Source: Nitrospirota bacterium
GTDB lineage: Bacteria; JACPQY01
DNA: 22,603 nt
Assembly: GCA_016180645.1 (NCBI GenBank)
Contig: JACPAV010000006.1
Coordinates: 124,001-146,603, forward strand
Direction of reading: 5' to 3'
The notes beneath the pieces are model-generated. The model was not told the origin of the DNA and did not search any database. It saw only the letters and a program-made list of their open reading frames with translations. The position numbers were made by a program, and so were the translations under genes. Below are positions 1 to 8,059 of the stretch, piece after piece (the stretch's first letter is position 1; every line of letters starts with the position of its first letter).

Positions 1-524
1 TCTTCGAGGCGAACTTGGATTTGGATGAGGACATGACCGAGAATGAGAACAACAAGGGAAACCATGTTCGGCGCGGCCAGAAAGAATCCCAGGAGCGTCA
101 CCGTCATTCCGAGGAAGATCGGATTCCTTGAGATGCGGAACAGGCCGTGAGCCACCATCTCCGTGCGGTGCTCCTGATCCACCCCCACTCGGAACGACGC
201 CCCCATCTGCGCCTGCGCCACGGCGATCCACACGAAAGAGACGGTGAGGAGGATCAGTCCCGCCATCTTTAGGGAACGGTGTTCCAACCAGGGGATCGGT
301 TCGAGCCAAGGGTAGGCCGAGGGGAAAAATCCGTACACCACGAGGAAAGCGGCGATGACGAGGAAAACCCACACCATGCACTGCCCCACGTAGTCATGCG
401 CGCGGTCTCCGCGCTTGATTACGATGGGATTCACACCGGTCTGTTTCCACACACGGTAGGACCGCCACCCCATCAGCACGAGGAAGAAGGCGACGGCGTA
501 GGCGGGAAGGATCCAGCGGGGCAT
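1..524 (-). CDS. Isoprenylcysteine carboxyl methyltransferase (ICMT/PEMT)-family membrane protein, 3' end runs off the window
   Basis: Not in the ORF track; translated by hand from the ATG at 524: MPRWILPAYAVAFFLVLMGWRSY...AQAQMGASFRVGVDQEHRTEMVAHGLFRISRNPIFLGM...IQIQVRLEE. It has several TM helices, the G(L/P)(F/Y)xxxR(N/H)PxxxG motif and the C-terminal EE typical of the family. Confidence 0.85.
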   Translation of the reverse strand, partial: MPRWILPAYAVAFFLVLMGWRSYRVWKQTGVNPIVIKRGDRAHDYVGQCMVWVFLVIAAFLVVYGFFPSAYPWLEPIPWLEHRSLKMAGLILLTVSFVWIAVAQAQMGASFRVGVDQEHRTEMVAHGLFRISRNPIFLGMTVTLLGFFLAAPNMVSLVVLILGHVLIQIQVRLE

Positions 525-593
525 GTGTCAGGATATTCCACGAATCGGGGGGTGGAATCAAGGCCGGACGGAGAGGAAACCCTCACCCCCGCT

Positions 594-2141
594 TCATCCT
601 CTTTGCTTCAGGAGCCTCCTGACGCGGGCGGCCAGTTCCACCGGAGAGAAAGGCTTGGTGACATAGTCGTCCGCGCCCAATTCGAGACCCCGTACCACGT
701 CGGCTTCATTCCCCAACGAGGTGAGCATCATGACCGGCTTCTTGGCGAGGGACGGCTTCTTCCGAAGCCGTTCGAGCAGTTGGAAACCATCCATGTTCGG
801 CATCTGAACATCCAAGAGGAAAAGTTCCACTGAAGGATCATCCGATCCAGCCAGTGCGGCCTCCCCGTCCGGATAGTGAATCACTTCGAATCCATCGTTT
901 CCCAATCTTTGGGTCACCACCGTGGTGACGAGAGGATCGTCGTCCGCGATCAGAATCTTCCGCGTGGCAACCGCGACCTCATCATCCACCGCTGTTACCC
1001 GATTCCTTCCGGCCGCCTTGGCCTTGTAGAGCAGACGGTCCGCCGACTCCAGAGCTTCCTCCAGTTCGGCCCCCGGCCGCACGTCGGCCACTCCCGCGGA
1101 GAACCGGACTTGGAATGAGCGGCCATCTCCCGCTTGGAGCACCAAATCCCGGACCTCTCCGAGCGCCTTTTCAAGCGCCGCCCTGGCTCCCTGTCGATCC
1201 GCATCAGCAAATACAGCCACGAACTCCTCGCCCCCCACCCGGGCGAAGATGTCGGCCTGACGGAGGCTTTTGCTGATGACACCCGCCGCCGAACGGAGCG
1301 CTTCATCCCCGGCGGCATGTCCGTAGGTGTCGTTGATGGATTTGAAGTGATCCATGTCGATGATGCCGATGGACACCGGCTCTTTTGCGCGTTGCGCGCG
1401 GGCCTGGGCGAGGCCGAACGCCACCCTGAGGGAGGCCCGGTTGAGCAGGCCGGTGAGTGGATCGCGGCCGGACTCCTGCAATGAAGCTCCCGCCCGCTGA
1501 AGCCGGGCGGATACCAGGGAAGCGAGGAGATCGATTTGAAACGGTTTGTCGACGTACTCGTCGGCCCCGAGCGCCAGACATTCCGTTCTCGATTGGCGGT
1601 TTCTTAGGGCGGAAAGAACAATGATCGGAACCGAGGCCATCTCCGTTTGCTCGCGCAGTTTGAGAAGGAGATTCCGGCCGTCCATGTCCGGAAGCACGAT
1701 ATCCAGGATGATCAGGCTGACCGGGGTCCTCGTCAGGATCTCCTGCGCCGAGGAGCCGCTGTAAGCCACCAGGATCCGGCGCGCCTCGGACGTCAATTCT
1801 TGCTTCAGCAGGCGGCCAATCGCCGGATCGTCATCCACCACCAGCACATTCGTCTTGGGAACGTCCCCGCCGGCCACGACCTCCCGCAGCGTCACGAGAA
1901 GCCTCTCCAGGCAGGCCGCCACCCGGTCGTCCGGGGCATCCTCCACTTTGCCCGCGGATTCCGTGATCTCCGGAAATCCGTACGTGGCCCCGGATCCCCG
2001 AAGGGCGTGTGCCATCCGTCGGATGGAGTCCGCGGATTTCGCTTCGTGATGGACAAAGGCCGATCTCGCCGCCTCCAACGCCTGGATTTGGGAGGACATC
2101 TGTTCCCGGTACCAGCTCTTGAGGCTCTCCAAACTATCCAC
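594..2141 (-). CDS. Diguanylate cyclase response regulator, Hpt-REC-GGDEF-REC
   Basis: Hpt motif AHALRGSGATYG. REC1: VDDD..ILDIVLPDMDG..VDKP. GGDEF domain: DPLTGLLNR, DMDHFKSINDTYGHAAGD, RQAD I-site and GGEEF. REC2: ADDD..LLDVQMPNMDG..VTKP. Confidence 0.95.
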   Translation of the reverse strand: MDSLESLKSWYREQMSSQIQALEAARSAFVHHEAKSADSIRRMAHALRGSGATYGFPEITESAGKVEDAPDDRVAACLERLLVTLREVVAGGDVPKTNVLVVDDDPAIGRLLKQELTSEARRILVAYSGSSAQEILTRTPVSLIILDIVLPDMDGRNLLLKLREQTEMASVPIIVLSALRNRQSRTECLALGADEYVDKPFQIDLLASLVSARLQRAGASLQESGRDPLTGLLNRASLRVAFGLAQARAQRAKEPVSIGIIDMDHFKSINDTYGHAAGDEALRSAAGVISKSLRQADIFARVGGEEFVAVFADADRQGARAALEKALGEVRDLVLQAGDGRSFQVRFSAGVADVRPGAELEEALESADRLLYKAKAAGRNRVTAVDDEVAVATRKILIADDDPLVTTVVTQRLGNDGFEVIHYPDGEAALAGSDDPSVELFLLDVQMPNMDGFQLLERLRKKPSLAKKPVMMLTSLGNEADVVRGLELGADDYVTKPFSPVELAARVRRLLKQRG

Positions 2142-2168
2142 GGTTCATGCAGGCCGAAGACGGCCCGT

Positions 2169-2573
2169 TCAAGGAGTGGCGCCGGAGGCCGCGCGGCCCC
2201 AGATTTCCCGCACCCGGCCCGGCAGACTCATCGGATCGAAAGGTTTGGTGATGATGTCTATGGCGCCGAGGCTCCTGAAGTGCGCCACCTCCTGCGGCTG
2301 CGCTTTGGCCGTGATGAAAACGACCGGAATACCGGCGAGATCGCGCGACCCGCGCATGGCCCTCAAGGTTGTCGGCCCATCCATCTCCGGCATCATGACA
2401 TCCATCAGAACGAGATCAGGCTTGAACGGCCCGACCTCGCGAAGCGCTTCCGCTCCGGAGGAACAGACTTTCACCGTGAAGCCGCCGACCGATTCGAGTG
2501 AGACTTTCGCCACCATCTGAATGCTGAGGTCGTCCTCCACCAGCATGATCCGTTTCAACTCGGCTCCACCCAT
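2169..2573 (-). CDS. Single-domain response regulator (receiver only)
   Basis: VEDD, LMDVMMPEMDG, FITA and ITKP receiver motifs; no output domain. Confidence 0.95.
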   Translation of the reverse strand: MGGAELKRIMLVEDDLSIQMVAKVSLESVGGFTVKVCSSGAEALREVGPFKPDLVLMDVMMPEMDGPTTLRAMRGSRDLAGIPVVFITAKAQPQEVAHFRSLGAIDIITKPFDPMSLPGRVREIWGRAASGATP

Positions 2574-2576
2574 GGC

Positions 2577-4979
2577 TCAACTCCGGGGATGGCCCCCTCC
2601 CAGGACCGACTGGATGGTCGCCAGGAGCTGCTCATTGGAGGTTCGAGCCTTCACCAGCGAAGCCGCGGCCTCTTGCGCCTCCTGACCGGTAATCTCATTC
2701 GCTGAAAAAATCACGACCGGGACAGAGGGTCCCAACCGGGATTTGATGAGCGGAACGAGATCCCAACCGGAGCCGTCCGGAAGCCCGAGATCCAGGATGA
2801 CCAGATCGAATACCCGATCCTTCAGACTTTCGCGGGCCGTTGCGAGGTTCGCCGCCCAAGATACCTCGGCCGTGCTTCCCAAGATGGATTGGACGACCCG
2901 GAAATTGTCCGGATCGTCCTCCACGTGGAGGATGGACAGGTGCCCCCCTTTTTCTTTTCGAGTAGCGCGCGCAAGGGCGTTCTGGAGCCGGCCTGGGTCG
3001 ATGGGTTTGGAAATCCAATCGATCACGCCGAGGGCGTCCCCGTTGATCTCCCGCTTTCCGTCCTGCGCCTTTACGGAGACGACCACAATCGGGAGTTCGG
3101 CGGTATCCTCCCGGCTCCGCAACTCTCGTATCAGCGAGATCCCATCCTGCCCTGGGAGCATCAGATCGAGCGTCATGGCCTCGTACCGGCCTTGCGCGAG
3201 AAACTCCTTGGCCTCGGCGGCGGAGTGGGCCACGTCCGTCTCGCAGCCGGACTGCGCCAGCATGAGCTGGAGGAGTCGGCCGATGTCCACATCATCTTCG
3301 CAGATCAACACTCTTCGTTTCCCGGTGTCGACCCCCACCGGAACTTCGGGGGTCTTCGCGACCGCGGGGAGATCCACATGGAACGTCGTCCCCTTACCGA
3401 GTTCGGTCTCAAAACCGATCTCCCCCTGGAGCCGGTCCACGATGGCCTTGCAAATACTCAGGCCCAGCCCGGTCCCTTCCTTTTGGCGGGTGTCCGAAGA
3501 ATCGGCCTGCGCAAACTTCTGGAAGATTCGCGCGCGAAAGGCCTCTGGGATTCCCGGCCCGTGGTCCGTTACGGAAATCCGCACACCCTTGGGGTGAGAC
3601 CGCACCGCGACCCGGACCGATCCGCCCGCCGCCGAGAATTTGACCGCGTTCGAGAGCAGATTGGTCAGAACCTGAGCGAGCCGATCGGGATCCACACTCA
3701 CCCTTGCCCCTGGAAGGCGATCGGTCAGTTCGAGACGGACCTTGTAATTATCCCCGAAGCCCCTCGTGGACTCCAGGGTCTGATCGATCAGGGCCATCAG
3801 GTCCACCGGCTTGACCTGGAACGGCATTTTGCCCGCTTCGATCTTTTCGATGTCGAGAATGTCGTTGATCAACCTGACCAGGCGATCGGTATTGTTCACC
3901 GCGATGTCGATCATTTGTTTCACGCCATCGGGCAGGGATCCGACCACCCCGCCCGCGATCAGCCCGAGCGATCCCCGGATCGAGGTCAGGGGTGTTCGAA
4001 GTTCGTGGCTCACGATGGAAATGAATTCGTTTTTCATACGCTCGATCTGCTTGCGCTCCGAGATATCTTCGACCGTGCCTTCGTAATAGGACAACGCCCC
4101 ACGTTCGTCGTACACCGCCCGCGCGTTCTCGGAGATCCAGATGACGCTGGAGTCCTTGCGCCTGACTTGGGATTCGAAGTTTCGGACCTGCCCCTCGCGG
4201 GCAAGCAGTTCGCGGAATTCCTCGCGGCGGCCGGGCAGGACATAGAGCTGCCGGGCGATGTCGGAAAAGCCGCGGATCAACTCGGCGGGAGAATCGTACC
4301 CATAGATGCGAGCCAGGGCGGGGTTGGCGCTGATATATTGCCCGTCCGGGGTCGTCTGGAAGATTCCTTCCAACGTGTGCTCGAAAATACTGCGGTACTT
4401 CCTCTCGGCGCGACGGAGACCATCGATAAAGGGGCGCGATGCCCAGACGACCAGCAGAATGGCAAGCATCGACTCGACGAGGACAAGGGCCACAATGGCC
4501 CTTCGAACGGGGCGCACGCGGGACTCGATGGAATCGCGGTCCAAGCCGATATGGAGGGTGAAGCCGCGTCTCAATTCCACCGGAACATCGATGTAGGCGG
4601 CCCGGCCTCCCTCCTTCACCCGCTTGGCCACAAAGCCCGGTGGAGGTCCTCCTCGCTCTTCCCAACCGGCGCCCGCGAAGGCCCGCGCCGTTACGGCCCC
4701 CGCCGAATCGACCACCTCCACGTAGGCGAGGCCGGGCATGCGCACCAGTTTGTTCAGCACGCCGCTCCCCACTTCCTGATTGGATTCAATCGAATCGTTG
4801 AGGGAAGTGACGAGCGAAGAAGCGATGGAGCGACCCCATGCGACGGCTTCTTCGCGAAGGGCCTCGGCCACCTGCCTGACGCCGTAGGTCGCGATTCCCA
4901 AACCGGCGGCCAGCAGGAGGAGGCTCAGCAGCCCCACCCTTAGGGCGAGGGAGATGCGTGAACGTTCACTCCCTTCCAT
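2577..4979 (-). CDS. Membrane hybrid histidine kinase: 2 TM + extracytoplasmic domain, PAS, HisKA, HATPase, REC, REC
   Basis: H-box VSHELRTPLTSI, N-box NLLSNAVKF, G1 box DHGPGI and G2 box GTGLGL. PAS region GIFQTTPDGQYISANPALARIYGY. Two C-terminal receivers. The start is moved from the track's 5036 to the ATG at 4979, which has a GGAG Shine-Dalgarno upstream. Confidence 0.93.
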   Translation of the reverse strand: MEGSERSRISLALRVGLLSLLLLAAGLGIATYGVRQVAEALREEAVAWGRSIASSLVTSLNDSIESNQEVGSGVLNKLVRMPGLAYVEVVDSAGAVTARAFAGAGWEERGGPPPGFVAKRVKEGGRAAYIDVPVELRRGFTLHIGLDRDSIESRVRPVRRAIVALVLVESMLAILLVVWASRPFIDGLRRAERKYRSIFEHTLEGIFQTTPDGQYISANPALARIYGYDSPAELIRGFSDIARQLYVLPGRREEFRELLAREGQVRNFESQVRRKDSSVIWISENARAVYDERGALSYYEGTVEDISERKQIERMKNEFISIVSHELRTPLTSIRGSLGLIAGGVVGSLPDGVKQMIDIAVNNTDRLVRLINDILDIEKIEAGKMPFQVKPVDLMALIDQTLESTRGFGDNYKVRLELTDRLPGARVSVDPDRLAQVLTNLLSNAVKFSAAGGSVRVAVRSHPKGVRISVTDHGPGIPEAFRARIFQKFAQADSSDTRQKEGTGLGLSICKAIVDRLQGEIGFETELGKGTTFHVDLPAVAKTPEVPVGVDTGKRRVLICEDDVDIGRLLQLMLAQSGCETDVAHSAAEAKEFLAQGRYEAMTLDLMLPGQDGISLIRELRSREDTAELPIVVVSVKAQDGKREINGDALGVIDWISKPIDPGRLQNALARATRKEKGGHLSILHVEDDPDNFRVVQSILGSTAEVSWAANLATARESLKDRVFDLVILDLGLPDGSGWDLVPLIKSRLGPSVPVVIFSANEITGQEAQEAAASLVKARTSNEQLLATIQSVLGGGHPRS

Positions 4980-5034
4980 GATCGGTGCTCCCCGGTGGTG
5001 TAATGGTGATCCCGTCGGTCCACTTATGACCCGC

Positions 5035-5060
5035 AAAAAAACCCACGTCTCGCATGGCTT
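5035..5060 (-). terminator. Intrinsic terminator-like hairpin plus U-tract between the act operon and the kinase
   Basis: The minus strand reads AAGCCATG-CGAGA-CGTGGG-TTTTTTT: a short stem with a G-U pair followed by 7 T. Confidence 0.6.
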
Positions 5061-5182
5061 GTTTCCCCGTGGTCTTCAGGCTCAGGATGACGGCTCTCCG
5101 GCCCGAAAGACTTCGGACTGGAGGCAAGGATAGGTGATATGGCCTGCAAAGTCCAGCCGGGAAAGGTCGTGCCGGCGGAAGG

Positions 5183-6202
5183 TCAAATCGTCTCGAGAAC
5201 GCGGTTGCGTCGGAGGAACATGCGCCAGGCGACCAGAGCCACCACGATTCCCCCGCCCAGAATCGCGGCATGAGGAAGGAGGAGCGAGGCGTCAAAGACC
5301 AGCGGCGCAGGATGGACCGCGGGAACGACGATCAGGTACTTTTCGATCGCCCCGCCCACCAGCACCAGAATCGCCACGAAAGACAGCGCGCCCACCGAGT
5401 GACGCACCTGAGTGTTGATCAGCATGAAGAACGGAAGGAACAGCTTCACGATCATCATCGCCCAGAAGAGCCGGGGCGCCCAGTTCCAGATGCGGAGATT
5501 CACCGGCTCGATTTCGTGAGGAATGTTTCCGTACCAGTAGACCATGTAGAGCGAGAATCCGGTGTAGATCCACACGAAGGTGAATCCGAGCAGGAGCTGT
5601 CCCATGAAATCGAACTGCTGGAGGTTGATCTTGGGTCCCATCGGGGAGCGTCTGAGGAAGGCGAAGGTCAGGATGGCGGCCGCGACACCCACTTGGAGGC
5701 TGCCGACAATGAACCAAGGCGCAAAGACCGAGGGATACCAGTGGCCGATCAGGTTCGAGCCGAAGTCCCAACTCAGAATCGTCTGCGCCGTGAAGAACAT
5801 CATGATGGTGAACGTGCTGAGAACGATCAACGACAACGGCTTCAGGGTCCTGCCCTTGAAGAAGAGGGCCATGCCCAGGAGGTAGAAAATGAGATTGACC
5901 ATGATGTTCCGGAATGCCAGTTGGGGAATATTCAGCCAGTAGGCGTCTTCGTGACGGCCGAGCCAGGAGAAGATGTGGTGCCGGCCGACCAGCAGCGCGA
6001 TCAGGAGGGCAACCGCCAGCGGAGCGAACATGACCATGGATTCGAGGACGGGCTGGAGCGGCCGCGGCCAGGTGGATCGGGCGACTCGGAATACGGCCGA
6101 GAGAGCAATCCACGCCTGGGAAATCCCGATGAGGTACAAGGTGGTGGCGACCAGCATTCCCCACTGAGGTGAACCCATCCACGCCGCGCCGGTCTCGTGC
6201 AT
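5183..6202 (-). CDS. actF: ACIII membrane subunit F (NrfD-like paralogue)
   Basis: Multi-TM protein with WxRPLxxxxE, WD..L..HWYPSVF, FxFxWxYxxFS.Y...WYGNIPHE and EKYLIVVP motifs. The ATG at 6202 overlaps the actD stop (TGATG), so the track start at 6289 is probably too long. Confidence 0.8.
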   Translation of the reverse strand: MHETGAAWMGSPQWGMLVATTLYLIGISQAWIALSAVFRVARSTWPRPLQPVLESMVMFAPLAVALLIALLVGRHHIFSWLGRHEDAYWLNIPQLAFRNIMVNLIFYLLGMALFFKGRTLKPLSLIVLSTFTIMMFFTAQTILSWDFGSNLIGHWYPSVFAPWFIVGSLQVGVAAAILTFAFLRRSPMGPKINLQQFDFMGQLLLGFTFVWIYTGFSLYMVYWYGNIPHEIEPVNLRIWNWAPRLFWAMMIVKLFLPFFMLINTQVRHSVGALSFVAILVLVGGAIEKYLIVVPAVHPAPLVFDASLLLPHAAILGGGIVVALVAWRMFLRRNRVLETI

Positions 6203-6708
6203 CACACCCCCCCTGCTTCGAGCATTCGGATGTCGCCGCCGGCCTTCTTGAGGTGGTTCTGGACTTGAGTCAGGTGACCGTCCGGACACTCGACGAAGAG
6301 AACCAGCTTGTCCTCACTCGCCCTTTCTTCATAGAACGACACCTTCCGTCTCCATCGGCGCGTGAGAAGGACCAGGCCCGTGAACGTCCCGATGAAACCA
6401 AAAAGATTGGCGCACTCATACGCGATGACCAGCGCCGGAGGGATCGACATGATCGGTTTGCCCCCCGTCATGATGTTCGCCAGAAAGAACGTTCCCAGTA
6501 CCAGCGTCAATCCGAACAGGATGCCGAAGGCGGCCCCCAGGCCGGAGAAGAACCATACCCGAGCGCTCTTGGGCTTCAATTCCATCTGGATATCTTCATA
6601 GGGAATCGGTGATTGGCAGAGCATTTCCCTGTAGCCGGCCTTCTTCAACTCCCGGATGGCGTGCAGGGCGGTTTCCGGATCGGGAAAGATACCGCAGGCG
6701 TTTACCAT
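6202..6708 (-). CDS. actD: ACIII subunit D (DUF3341-like, two TM helices)
   Basis: GIFxxPExxxxAxxxL..SPIP, GGKPxxSIPxxxxIAYE motifs and two TM helices. It lies after actC and has no CxxCH. Confidence 0.85.
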   Translation of the reverse strand: MVNACGIFPDPETALHAIRELKKAGYREMLCQSPIPYEDIQMELKPKSARVWFFSGLGAAFGILFGLTLVLGTFFLANIMTGGKPIMSIPPALVIAYECANLFGFIGTFTGLVLLTRRWRRKVSFYEERASEDKLVLFVECPDGHLTQVQNHLKKAGGDIRMLEAGGV

Positions 6709-6713
6709 TGCGG

Positions 6714-6745
6714 CGTGATCCCGTGACCCCGTGACCCCGTGAGCC
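6714..6745. repeat. 4 x 8-bp tandem repeat CGTGA(C/T/G)CC filling the actC-actD spacer
   Basis: cgtgatcc cgtgaccc cgtgaccc cgtgagcc, read directly from the sequence. Confidence 0.85.
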
Positions 6746-6747
6746 GG

Positions 6748-8058
6748 CTAGTGGCCATGGAGTTCCTCTTTGACTTCGTACATCGAGACGGCCGGGCAGA
6801 CTTTGGCGAATATCAGGAGCAGAAACGCGAACATCGAAAACGTTCCGATCACGATGGACGAATCCACCCACGTCGGCTGGATGTCGCCCCACGAGGCCGG
6901 GATGTAGCTCCGGGTCGTGGAGATGACGATCATCACGCGCTCCAGCCACATGCCGAGATTGATCAGGATCGACGTGACCAGAAGGAACGGCGCCGAGCGG
7001 CGGAACCGGCGGGAAATCAGGAACAGCGGGAGCACGCCGGCCGTGGCCACCATCGTCCAAAAGTGAACGCTGGAGGGCCCGCTGAACCGCGACAGCACCA
7101 CGTTCTTGTGGAACACGTCGCCGCCGAACCACTCGGGCAGGATTTCCATGAGGGAGAGGTAGAACCAGATCAGGTAAATGGCGAAAATGAGCTGCGCCAG
7201 TTTGTCAAGGTGATCGTCCGTGATGATGTCTTTCAACCGGTAGAACTTGCGCATGATGATCAGCAGCGTGGCCACCATGGCGACGCCGGAAAAGATGGCT
7301 CCGGCCACGAAGTATGGGGCGAACACGGTGCTGTGCCAGCCGGGTTGGATGGACATGGCGAAGTCCCACGACACGATGCCGTGCACGGTGGGTACGATGG
7401 CGGTGAGGAAGGCCGCATAGATCGAGTACGCTTTCCCGAAGACCCACCATTCCCGGTTCGTTCCTTTCCATCCCAGCGCGAGCGCGCCGTAGATCGACCG
7501 TTTGATCCCCTTGCTGTTGTCCCGCACGATGGCGAAATCGGGGATCATGCCGAAATAGAGGAAGATGCTCGAACCGACAAGATAGGAGGTGACCGCGATG
7601 GTGTCCCACGCGAGCGGCGAGCGGTAGTTTGGCCACAATCCGCGCTGGTTGGGATACGGCAGGAGCCAGTAGAACTTCCACACGCGGCCAAGGTGAATGA
7701 GCGGGAACAGGGCCGCGCACAGGAGGGAGACGGTCGTCATCGCCTCGGCGATCCTGTACAGCGGCTTTCGCCATTGAACTTTGAGCAGGTGGAGGATGGC
7801 CGACAGCAGCGTTCCCGCGTGGCTGACGCCGATCCAGAACACAAAGGTACCGATATACAGGAACCACATCGAGGGGTGACGCTTGCCCGAGACTCCCATG
7901 CCCTCATCGATCTGCACGTACCAGGCGTAACCCATCCAAACCACCAGGCCGCCCGTGACCATCACGGCGAGGACGTAGAGCGGACTGAGACGAAACATCG
8001 TGCGGAGGACGTCTCGATTGACATCCGAGAAACTGATGCGCGGGCGATGGGATTCCAT
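6748..8058 (-). CDS. actC: ACIII subunit C, NrfD/PsrC-family quinol-interacting membrane subunit
   Basis: FVFWIGVSHAGTLLSAIL, RIAEAMT, FPLIHLGRVW, LWPNYRSPLAWD, VHGIVSWDFA, PGWHSTVFAPYFVAGAIFSG and GMWLER motifs typical of ActC. Confidence 0.93.
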   Translation of the reverse strand: MESHRPRISFSDVNRDVLRTMFRLSPLYVLAVMVTGGLVVWMGYAWYVQIDEGMGVSGKRHPSMWFLYIGTFVFWIGVSHAGTLLSAILHLLKVQWRKPLYRIAEAMTTVSLLCAALFPLIHLGRVWKFYWLLPYPNQRGLWPNYRSPLAWDTIAVTSYLVGSSIFLYFGMIPDFAIVRDNSKGIKRSIYGALALGWKGTNREWWVFGKAYSIYAAFLTAIVPTVHGIVSWDFAMSIQPGWHSTVFAPYFVAGAIFSGVAMVATLLIIMRKFYRLKDIITDDHLDKLAQLIFAIYLIWFYLSLMEILPEWFGGDVFHKNVVLSRFSGPSSVHFWTMVATAGVLPLFLISRRFRRSAPFLLVTSILINLGMWLERVMIVISTTRSYIPASWGDIQPTWVDSSIVIGTFSMFAFLLLIFAKVCPAVSMYEVKEELHGH

Positions 8059-8059
8059 G

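Noticed and set aside
2889-4943. Long plus-strand ORFs (also 279-833, 1647-2501, 6739-8322, 8000-8974, 10133-11149, 12895-13722) and the minus-strand ORF 15713-16501
   Set aside because: They are antisense shadows of well-supported genes, expected in high-GC DNA, and have no recognisable motifs.
5035-5180. Assignment to a known riboswitch class (c-di-GMP-I/II, ZTP)
   Set aside because: Only short fragments resemble the consensus (for example ACCACGGGGA and GCAAAG); the required paired elements are missing. It is kept only as an unclassified structured leader.
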